This document shows positions 9,476 to 17,320 of a stretch of DNA of 32,145 nucleotides, piece by piece; position 1 is the first letter of the stretch; each line of letters begins with the position of its first letter. The notes below the pieces were generated by a model that was not told the DNA's origin, ran no database searches, and saw only the letters and a program-made list of their open reading frames with translations. This DNA is from Candidatus Krumholzibacteriia bacterium (GTDB lineage Bacteria; Krumholzibacteriota; Krumholzibacteriia; LZORAL124-64-63). The position numbers were made by a program, and so were the translations under genes. The DNA lies in the NCBI GenBank assembly GCA_036351155.1, contig JAZBOO010000247.1, forward strand, positions 1-32,145, read 5' to 3'.

Positions 9476-10527
9476 ACACTGAACCTGATTTCCAGGATGT
9501 CTCCATCCTGCACCACGTAGGCCTTGCCCTCCAGACGCACCTGGTTGGCGGCCTTGGCCTGGGCCATGGATCCGGACTGGATCAGGTCGTCATACGCCGT
9601 CACTTCAGCCCGGATGAACCCACGCTGCAGATCGGAGTGAATGACCCCCGCGGCCACCGGCGCGGTCGCCCCCTTGCGCACCGGCCAGGCCCGGCATTCG
9701 TCAGGACCCACGGTGAAAAAGCTCTGCAGGTTCAGGGCGCCATAGGAGGCGCGGATCATGCGGCCGCTGGCCGGCTCGTCGATCCCCAGATCGGCCAGGA
9801 ACTCGGCGGCCTCTTCCGGATCGAGTTCCGCCAGTTCCTCTTCCATGGTGGCACAGAGGGACACGACCTGGGCGCCGGCCTTCTCGGCGGCTGCCACCAC
9901 ATCCGCAGGGGCCTCTTCACCCTCGGCACAGTTCAGCACCACGATCAGAGGCTTCTGGGTCAGGAAGGTGTAGCCGGAGGCCATCTTCACCTCGTCGGGA
10001 TTCAGTTCCAGGTCCCGCAACGGGCGATCGTTTTCCAGCTGTTCCTTGAGGCGCTCCATCATGGGCGGCTCCAGGGGGTTGGCCACCTTGCCCATCCGGG
10101 CCTTTTCCTTGGTCAATTTTTCCAGGCGATTTTCCACGACCTGCAGGTCGGCCAGGGCCAGCTCCAGGGCCAGGGTTTCCAGCTCGGCCATGGGCTCGGG
10201 CGTGCCGTAACCGCCATCGAAACAGCGGATGACCTGGGCCAGAGCATCGACCTTGCGGCCGTGCTCGAGGAAACGCGTGGACTCACGCGCCCCATCGGAC
10301 CCGACCCCGCCCTGAAAACCGGGGATGTCCACCCACTCGACGCTGGCGTTGATCTTGCGCTTGGGCTGGAACATCTCGGTGAGCTTGTCCAGCCGGGGAT
10401 CCGGCACCTTGCCCACCGCGCGGTGAGTTTCGACGCCTCCCTGGCCGGTGGGCAGGCCCGCCGCTGTGATGACATTGAACAAGGTGGTCTTGCCGGTGAA
10501 CTTGACACCGATGATTCCGATTTGCAC
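9472..10527 (-). CDS. ychF: YchF/Obg-like ATPase with DUF933 (TGS) C-terminus, divergent N-terminus
   Basis: GxxxxGKT, VPDPRLDKL, VDIPG, LTQKPLIVVLN, FFTVGPDECRAW, AGVIHSDLQRGFIRAEV, RLEGKAYVVQDGDI. Confidence 0.85.
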   Translation of the reverse strand: MQIGIIGVKFTGKTTLFNVITAAGLPTGQGGVETHRAVGKVPDPRLDKLTEMFQPKRKINASVEWVDIPGFQGGVGSDGARESTRFLEHGRKVDALAQVIRCFDGGYGTPEPMAELETLALELALADLQVVENRLEKLTKEKARMGKVANPLEPPMMERLKEQLENDRPLRDLELNPDEVKMASGYTFLTQKPLIVVLNCAEGEEAPADVVAAAEKAGAQVVSLCATMEEELAELDPEEAAEFLADLGIDEPASGRMIRASYGALNLQSFFTVGPDECRAWPVRKGATAPVAAGVIHSDLQRGFIRAEVTAYDDLIQSGSMAQAKAANQVRLEGKAYVVQDGDILEIRFSV

Positions 10528-10573
10528 GGGGGCCTCCGGGAAAGGTCAGGAAGAATGGAGAGGTTGGCTGATC

Positions 10574-11014
10574 CTATTGATCGAAGCCTGAATAGTCGAT
10601 GTCCGGGGAATAGCCGCCCTCCTCGAATTCCGAGGTCCAGTTCGACCAGGGACCCTGCCGGTCCTGGGCGTCCACTCCGGCCACACGGGCGAAATATTCG
10701 TTCCCACCCATCACCCACACATAATGAAAAGTGTCGGCAATGTCGGTGTGGATGAAGGTGTCGATGAAGCTTTCCCAGGTTTCGATATTGAAACCCACTT
10801 CAATGACCTGCAAACGGTAGAAATCGACCGGCGTGCCATAGGTCGGTGCTGACCAGGAAACCTTCACTCGTTTCCACTGAAGTGGGTCATGATAGTCGTT
10901 TTCATCGTCATGAGCCCTGCCGGAAGGGGCCAGGAGGGAAACCAGAAAAAAAATGCCCAGCAGGGCGAGTGGGGTTCCCGCAAGAATTCGGCGACCGCGC
11001 ATTTTTAAATTCAT
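10574..11014 (-). CDS. Small secreted fibronectin type III domain protein
   Basis: Signal peptide ending GRA; FN3 pattern VSWSAP...FYRLQV...YFARVAGVDAQDRQGPWS. Confidence 0.75.
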   Translation of the reverse strand: MNLKMRGRRILAGTPLALLGIFFLVSLLAPSGRAHDDENDYHDPLQWKRVKVSWSAPTYGTPVDFYRLQVIEVGFNIETWESFIDTFIHTDIADTFHYVWVMGGNEYFARVAGVDAQDRQGPWSNWTSEFEEGGYSPDIDYSGFDQ

Positions 11015-11079
11015 TTCGAAAAACCTTTAACTCGGGGGAGTAAAAGCCCACCCGGAAACCCGATATCTCCTGCCCTCAA

Positions 11080-11108
11080 TATATACCCCATTTGGCCCGG
11101 CAGTGCAA
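11080..11108 (-). promoter_or_regulatory. Putative sigma70 promoter for the FN3 gene
   Basis: Minus strand TTGCAC-N17-TATATA in a divergent intergenic region. Confidence 0.4.
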
Positions 11109-11284
11109 AGCATACCTGACCGGATTGGGGCCTCATTGATGGACTGCGCGCAAAAACAGAAAATAAGCCATTTGGGGTTGATCGGCCTCCGGCATGGACC
11201 GCATATTGCACTGGAGGTGAAGGAAGGGAATCCTCACGGTTCGGACAGTGGCCAAGGCCGTGTCCGACAACATCCTCAGGGAGG

Positions 11285-13057
11285 GTGCTTTTGAATACAG
11301 AGCGAGACCATGCCTTGAAATTGCTGTTGTTGGCCAGTTTTCTACCAACCCTGTTTTTTTTCCCCCTGGTAGCCAGCGCTGAAGTTCTCGATGTCCCCAG
11401 TGAATATTCCACCATTGGCGCCGCGCTGGATGATGCGGAGCCCGGTGACGTGGTCAAGGTGGCTCCGGGCCGCTACTACGAATTCGGGTTGAAACTGACC
11501 AGTGGCGTCATCCTCTCCGGTTCCGGGCTGGGCCCCGAGGAAACGATCATCGACGGTCAGGGCCAGGGCCGCATCCTCACGGCCAAGTACCTGCAAACCA
11601 GCGCCTTCGTGGAGAACCTCACCTTCACCAACGGCCACGCGCAGACCGATGAGGGCTACGGGGATTCCGGCGGGGCCATCCTGGCGCACAACGGCAGCCT
11701 CAAGATCATGGATTGCGTATTCCGGGACAACCGGGCCGATTATTCGGGGGGAGCCATCCGCTGCGTGCGGTCCTCGCCCTGGATTCTCAATTGCCTGTTC
11801 GAAAACAACTGGGCCCAGAATGGGGGCGGCGCGCTGGACTGCAGCTTCCAGGCTGCTCCCGTGGTGCAGCAGGCCACTTTCCGGCTCAACAGCTCGGCCT
11901 ATGGCGGCGCGGTCACCTGCCGGGCCGACAGCGCCCCCTACTTCTCGGGCTGCAAGTTCGACCTGAACACCGCCGAGGGCGACCCGGGGCACGGCGGAGC
12001 GGTGCTGGGCTTTGCCTCGGCGGCCCCCCGTTTCCTGGATTGCACCTTCAGCCGCAACGAGGCCAACGTGGGCGGGGCCATCTTCAGTGACTCCCAGTCC
12101 CCCACCCACCTCGATCATTGCACCCTGGTGTCCAACGGTGCCCAGGAGTTCGGACCCGGCATCGTCACCGAGAATGCTTCACCCGACATCAAGAACAGCA
12201 TCATTGCCTTCCAGACGGGTATTGGCGTGCTCAGCCTGGGCACGGAACTGCCCCGGATTTCCTGCACGAACATTTACGGCAACACCCAGGGTGACTGGTT
12301 CGGCGCCCTGGAACCCCAGGGCCGGATGGACGGCAACCTGAATGTCGACCCCCTGTTCTGTGAAACCAATCTCTCCGATTTCTACCTGTTCAACCTTCAG
12401 GAAGGCTCACCTTGCAGTATCGAAGGCGGGGCCTGTTCCGACATGGGTGCCTGGCCGGTGGGCTGCGATTTCCCCACCGAAACCTACATTCTCGATGATC
12501 TGAACGTGGTCTGGGAAAATGGTTACCCCCTGGTGGGGTGGATGATCGACCTGACCCGGAGTCCCGCCAGCTTCCGTCTGGCCCGGTCCAGCCTGGAAAA
12601 ACCCCAGGATGAGGTGGACATCCCCTTCATCGCCCTGGAAACCGGTGGCTACACGGCCCAGGACACGGGATTTGTCCCCGTGGACGGCCAGACCACCATC
12701 TACCGGCTGTATCTTGTCTTCGATGACGAAACCGAGATGCTCCTCGACACCGCCCAGCTGGGCGACCGTCCCCCCTCCTTCGGCGTCACGCAGCTGAGCG
12801 CCTATCCCAACCCCTTCAATCCCCAGACCCGGATCTCCTTCCGGCTGGACGCCGATCAGAAGGTCGCCGTTGAACTGTATGGGCTCGATGGGCGGCTGGT
12901 GCGTTCACTGGCCAGCGAGGTCATGCCCGCCGGGACCCGGGAGCTGGTCTGGAACGGCAAGGACAACCAGGGACGCAACGCCGCCTCGGGTGCCTACGTG
13001 GTGCTGGTCAAGACGGCGCGCAAGTCCGAGCAGATCAAGGTCATGCTCCTGAAATAG
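11285..13057 (+). CDS. Secreted right-handed beta-helix protein with C-terminal FlgD Ig-like domain
   Basis: Signal peptide (true start may be TTG 11291 or 11315); VPSEYSTIGAALD...GDVVKVAPGRY cap; alternating FxxN and GGA(I/L/V) repeats; NLNVDPLFC...GSPC; AYPNPFNPQT...WNGKDNQGRNAASGAY...KVMLLK. Confidence 0.88.
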   Translation: MLLNTERDHALKLLLLASFLPTLFFFPLVASAEVLDVPSEYSTIGAALDDAEPGDVVKVAPGRYYEFGLKLTSGVILSGSGLGPEETIIDGQGQGRILTAKYLQTSAFVENLTFTNGHAQTDEGYGDSGGAILAHNGSLKIMDCVFRDNRADYSGGAIRCVRSSPWILNCLFENNWAQNGGGALDCSFQAAPVVQQATFRLNSSAYGGAVTCRADSAPYFSGCKFDLNTAEGDPGHGGAVLGFASAAPRFLDCTFSRNEANVGGAIFSDSQSPTHLDHCTLVSNGAQEFGPGIVTENASPDIKNSIIAFQTGIGVLSLGTELPRISCTNIYGNTQGDWFGALEPQGRMDGNLNVDPLFCETNLSDFYLFNLQEGSPCSIEGGACSDMGAWPVGCDFPTETYILDDLNVVWENGYPLVGWMIDLTRSPASFRLARSSLEKPQDEVDIPFIALETGGYTAQDTGFVPVDGQTTIYRLYLVFDDETEMLLDTAQLGDRPPSFGVTQLSAYPNPFNPQTRISFRLDADQKVAVELYGLDGRLVRSLASEVMPAGTRELVWNGKDNQGRNAASGAYVVLVKTARKSEQIKVMLLK

Positions 13058-13076
13058 CAGGGCCCAGCCGTACTCT

Positions 13077-13117
13077 GGAAAAAAAGGCCCCGGGAAAACC
13101 CCGGGGCCTTTTCTTTT
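13077..13117. terminator. Bidirectional intrinsic terminator between convergent genes
   Basis: AAAAGGCCCCGGG-loop-CCCGGGGCCTTTT with an A tract on the left and a T tract on the right. Confidence 0.9.
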
Positions 13118-13131
13118 GCTGGGGCACGGGA

Positions 13132-16100
13132 TTACCTGAGCAACATCATCTTGTTCACCAGGGTCCGGCGCGGTGTTTTCACCTCGTAAAAGTACAAGCC
13201 CGAGGCTGTGGCGCGGCCCAGATGGTCCCGGCCATCCCAGTAAACCTCCCCATTTCCGGCGGGTTGCACCTCGTCCACCAGGGTGTCCACCAGCCGACCC
13301 CTGGCATCGAAAACCTTCACGGACAGGTGGCCGTCCTCAGGCAGGTTATAGGTGATCAAGGTGCGCGGGTTGAAGGGATTGGGATGATTGGCCGCGGACA
13401 GGGTACGGTCCGGCAGGTCTCCGGCATCGCCCACGATGAAAATCTCCCCGAAGTACTCCAGGATATCGAAGAGCACCGCCGTGCGCGCGGTCCACGGGGG
13501 CACGATGGGATGGACCTGGTCCGCATAGATGTACTCGAACGCGAAAGGCAAGGTGAACACGGCGCTGTTGTGCTCGGGAATCACCGTCTTGTCCTCAGGG
13601 ATATCATTCAGCACGGCGGCAGCCAAGCCGTACACCCCCGGCTGCCCCCCGGGATCCGTGAATTCCGCCACGCGCAGACCGGGATGGACCGCCTCGATCG
13701 CATCGAAGGAATTGATCTCCGGGCAACCTCCGTAGGCAATCCAGCCCTCCAGGGAATAAAATATCACCGGCTGCACCGGGACCACCCCGGGCACCACCTG
13801 GTTCCCGATCATTTGACGCAGATCATCATCGATGTGAGTGACCTTGAGCCAGGTGCTCATGAACTGCTGGCCGTCGGTGGACTGGTTCAGGTCCTGGACC
13901 AGGTTGTCGCCCATGGCCAGCAAGCTCTTGTCCGTCTGCAGCATCCAGGCATCCAGCAAGGCCAGATCATTGCTGCCGTCGAGCTCGAAGTTCCCATCGC
14001 TCAGCGTCATGCGCTGGAGATCGCCGCTGTCGTACAACAGGGTACGATAGAAACCCAGCAGCTCGGGCGTGGCCCGACTGCCCAGTCCGTTGTCCACGCC
14101 GGCCGAAGGCGCGCGCGTGCGGAACAGGTCAAAGTCCTCGCCGATATCCTTGCCGATGTCCGTCAGAGCATTCACCCAGTCTTCCAGATCTCCCCCGTCC
14201 ACCCACAGAAGGATGGGGGGCGTATCATCGAGCAGGTGGGTGAAATGATTCCGCCAGACCGAAGGCAGGGCCCGCACGGTGAAGGTCTCTTCGTAGGCCA
14301 GAGGGCCCGAGAAATCGGAGAAGCCCGTGGTGTCGGCCGGCATGGTCGTGGTCAAGGGGACCCCATCGGCCAGGCTGGTGGCGGACAGGTAATAGTGCAG
14401 AACATCCCCCGGAAAAAAGAAACCCGTGTCCGGCAGATCGAAGGCGAACCGATCCTGGGCCAGGGCCACCGGCCATCCGTCCACCGCGCCCTGCAGAGGC
14501 AGGCCGGACGAACGGTACGCATCGAACTCGGGGTTCGGGCGCAGGCGGTAGTACATCTGTGGCAAACCGAGCAATTCAGCCCCTGCGCGCACTGTGGCAA
14601 TGGAGGCCACCACGGAGTCGCCCGGGACAATGCGTTCCTGCCAGGCGGGAGCAATATTCCGGGCCATGTCGAAGCGCACCGAGTTGGCCCCTTCGTTGAC
14701 CGAATCCAGAATTCCACCGGCAGGAAAACCATCCTGGGCCAGGTCAACCGGCCGCGCGGTGATCGCCGGGCCCGAGGCCGGATAGGTCACCAGGCGCACG
14801 CTGTCGAAATAGGGGGCGGGGGTACCGTCATCGCCGAACAGGCCGTAGAAGGATCCCAGTTGCCGCACATCCAGCGACACCTGAGCGAAGCGCGCCCCGG
14901 GCACCAGCAGGTTGGTCACGTCTTCGGAGAACCGGCGATAGCCAGGTCCGCCGTAATAGATGTAGTTGCGGTCTCGCCAGGGAACGCTCTCGATATCCGA
15001 CGGATCGGCCGACGCGGTGCTGCGAAAATGCCAGGTGTAGAAAATACCCGGGGAATCAGGCCCCAGGTTTTCATGCTCGTATACCGAAAATTCCAGGCGG
15101 GCACCTTCGGCTCCGGTCTCGGGCCAGGTCACCACCGGGGACAGCAGCTTGTTGTGCAGGTAGTGTCCCGCACCAGCCAGGCCGCCATCGTTGTTGACGA
15201 TGTACCCCATGGGGCCATAGCACCAGGAGATACACATGGTGCCCCCGGTTTGGGGAATGACGATGCCGTCATCGATGAAATTCACCTGAGGCGTATAGTT
15301 GCTCGCACAGAAGTCGTAGTCTTCCAGGTAGGGATGAATGTGGGTGAAATCCCCCACGCCCTGGACCATAGTCGGGGTCCAGTGCTCCCAGGTTCCGGAC
15401 TGGAAATCGGAGAAGGTTTCGCTGGCCCCATTGCTCAGCGCAACCCGGATATCATCCAGCTGACAGGCCCCCGAACTGGGCCAGAAACAATCTTCATCGG
15501 AGTAGGCTCCGTCACTCCTCACGCGGAACTGCAGGATCACCTGATCCGGTGACCCCGCGGTGCCATGGTAATCTGCCGGCTCCACCACAAAAGTCTCGGC
15601 AAAATCCGCGTCCCGCAGTTCTCCGGTCAGGTCGGTCACCGGCAGGGGATACTCATCGGGGCGGACCACCAGCAGGGACAGGTAGTCGTAACCCATCTCC
15701 AGGTCGAGGTTCAGACGCGCCTCGACGGTGACCGTACAAGGTTCGGCCGGGTTGGCCACCGCACCGGTCCAGGTCAGCAGCTCGTGATAGTTGTTGCCGT
15801 AGCCGCCCGCCTCGTCGCCGAAACCGCAGGAGGGATAATCCAGCGCACCACACCAGGCTGCCAGGTTGCCCGGGCCATGGCCGCCGAGGTTGTCAGCCTG
15901 ATAGTCGGAGACGGACCAGTGCGATTCTTCCGAGGTGGTCATGTCCCGGTGGGTCCAGCCGTTCCAGGCCGGTGTACCCCAAATGTCCTCGAACTGGCCG
16001 TTGGCCTGGGCAGCGCTGCCCCAGGGGCCAATCAACATCACGGTGTCAAGGACGGCATCCCGGGTGGAATCCTTGGAAAAGGTCGCAGCGGCGTCTCGAG

Positions 16101-16188
16101 AGTCCAGGAGGCGGAGCGTGTCCGCCGGAGCTGTTGATACCAGAGCGACCATGACCAGAAGAACAGAACAGAATATTGAGCGATACAT
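13132..16188 (-). CDS. Large secreted acidic Cys/Trp-rich protein with C-terminal FlgD Ig-like domain; function unknown
   Basis: Start reassigned to ATG 16188 after AGGGG. Signal peptide MYRSIFCSVLLVMVALVSTAPA; C-terminal NHPNPFNPRT...WDGRDHLGRATASGLY...KMMLLR. Confidence 0.85.
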   Translation of the reverse strand: MYRSIFCSVLLVMVALVSTAPADTLRLLDSRDAAATFSKDSTRDAVLDTVMLIGPWGSAAQANGQFEDIWGTPAWNGWTHRDMTTSEESHWSVSDYQADNLGGHGPGNLAAWCGALDYPSCGFGDEAGGYGNNYHELLTWTGAVANPAEPCTVTVEARLNLDLEMGYDYLSLLVVRPDEYPLPVTDLTGELRDADFAETFVVEPADYHGTAGSPDQVILQFRVRSDGAYSDEDCFWPSSGACQLDDIRVALSNGASETFSDFQSGTWEHWTPTMVQGVGDFTHIHPYLEDYDFCASNYTPQVNFIDDGIVIPQTGGTMCISWCYGPMGYIVNNDGGLAGAGHYLHNKLLSPVVTWPETGAEGARLEFSVYEHENLGPDSPGIFYTWHFRSTASADPSDIESVPWRDRNYIYYGGPGYRRFSEDVTNLLVPGARFAQVSLDVRQLGSFYGLFGDDGTPAPYFDSVRLVTYPASGPAITARPVDLAQDGFPAGGILDSVNEGANSVRFDMARNIAPAWQERIVPGDSVVASIATVRAGAELLGLPQMYYRLRPNPEFDAYRSSGLPLQGAVDGWPVALAQDRFAFDLPDTGFFFPGDVLHYYLSATSLADGVPLTTTMPADTTGFSDFSGPLAYEETFTVRALPSVWRNHFTHLLDDTPPILLWVDGGDLEDWVNALTDIGKDIGEDFDLFRTRAPSAGVDNGLGSRATPELLGFYRTLLYDSGDLQRMTLSDGNFELDGSNDLALLDAWMLQTDKSLLAMGDNLVQDLNQSTDGQQFMSTWLKVTHIDDDLRQMIGNQVVPGVVPVQPVIFYSLEGWIAYGGCPEINSFDAIEAVHPGLRVAEFTDPGGQPGVYGLAAAVLNDIPEDKTVIPEHNSAVFTLPFAFEYIYADQVHPIVPPWTARTAVLFDILEYFGEIFIVGDAGDLPDRTLSAANHPNPFNPRTLITYNLPEDGHLSVKVFDARGRLVDTLVDEVQPAGNGEVYWDGRDHLGRATASGLYFYEVKTPRRTLVNKMMLLR

Positions 16189-16222
16189 CACATTCCCCCT
16201 TCTTGTGGGTGATGATACCATG

Positions 16223-16252
16223 AATCTAGGGTTTCAGGGGAGAATTCGACAA
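16223..16252 (-). promoter_or_regulatory. Putative sigma70 promoter for the large secreted protein
   Basis: Minus strand TTGTCG-N18-TAGATT, 34 nt upstream of the start codon. Confidence 0.35.
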
Positions 16253-16273
16253 TACCTATTCAGGAAGTGGGCT

Positions 16274-17161
16274 TCAAATCCGCCGGGCCGTCACGCCAGC
16301 TGCAGGGCGTCCATCGGGGTCGAATCCCTCCTCATGGGCCAGAATACTGAACTGGCCGGTGGGGAAAGATCCGAGGAGTTCAGCCCGCTCCAGCCGATGC
16401 CGCCGCTGGGGATGACCCTCGTAACCCGGGGCCTCCCGAAAGGTCCGGACCAGACACACTCCCCCGGGAATCAGCCAGGAAGCCACCCTGGCCAGCAAGG
16501 GGCGCTCCAGGTACCGGAAATTGAGAACCACCGCCCAGGGGCCGGCGGGAACAACTTCAGGGTCACGCAAATCCCCGGCCAGGAAAGTGCAGTGCACGCC
16601 CCGGGAGGCTGCCAGTTCCCGCCCCAGGTCCAGGGCCTCGGGCTGCCAGTCGATGCCCGTCACCCGGTATCCGCGTTCGGCCAGCCAGACCGCCGCACGA
16701 CCGCTGCCACACCCCAGATCCAGAACGGGGCCCGCCGCCGCCGGAGGCAGCAGATCTTCGTGGGCCACCAGCCAGGGCGGGGGTTCCCAGAGGCGCCCCT
16801 GCTCCGCCCCCATCACCACCTCGGCCCCAGGAATGGCCGCCAGGCTCTCGGGAACCCAGACCAGGACCTGGACAGCGGCCCGGCCCCTTTCTTCAAGCTC
16901 CCGCTGCCAGATTTCCAGCGGCTGATCGGAGTTGCCCACCAGCCACAGATCCTGATCGCGGGGCGGCAACTGGATGGAAGGGAGCCCGTGGGTGGTGCCA
17001 TCCTTGCCCAGGGGAAACGAGTAAGCCCCCCGTAAATGCCCGGAACGGAACTCGCCTGCCGGGCGCACATCCAGGACTTTCCGCCCCGACACCCAGGGAC
17101 CGTCAGCCGGGAACGCCTTGTCACGATTGGTTTTGCCTGTCAAAAGAGGACATCCTGTCAT
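16274..17161 (-). CDS. Rhodanese-like domain fused to class I SAM-dependent methyltransferase (TehB-like)
   Basis: VLDVRPAGEFRSGHLRGAYSFP (rhodanese N-terminal signature); VLDLGCGSGRAAVWLAERGYRVTGID (SAM motif I); VLNFRYLERPLL. Exact start uncertain. Confidence 0.85.
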   Translation of the reverse strand: MTGCPLLTGKTNRDKAFPADGPWVSGRKVLDVRPAGEFRSGHLRGAYSFPLGKDGTTHGLPSIQLPPRDQDLWLVGNSDQPLEIWQRELEERGRAAVQVLVWVPESLAAIPGAEVVMGAEQGRLWEPPPWLVAHEDLLPPAAAGPVLDLGCGSGRAAVWLAERGYRVTGIDWQPEALDLGRELAASRGVHCTFLAGDLRDPEVVPAGPWAVVLNFRYLERPLLARVASWLIPGGVCLVRTFREAPGYEGHPQRRHRLERAELLGSFPTGQFSILAHEEGFDPDGRPAAGVTARRI

Positions 17162-17217
17162 GGGGGTTGCCAGCAGGGCACTCCTGGCTCTAAATTGGGG
17201 GCGCCATTTTCGACTTC

Positions 17218-17247
17218 ATTATGGACCGAGATTGACCGATGTCAATC
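17218..17247 (-). promoter_or_regulatory. Putative promoter TTGACA-N16-CATAAT overlapped by the palindrome GATTGAC-N4-GTCAATC
   Basis: -35 at 17240-17245 and -10 at 17218-17223 on the minus strand; palindrome at 17230-17247. Confidence 0.55.
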
Positions 17248-17320
17248 CGGTCGTCCAGGAGACGGTCACCGGGTGCGACCCCCGGACCAGTTGTCCATTT
17301 CAACCCCCGGAGAAATCCAC

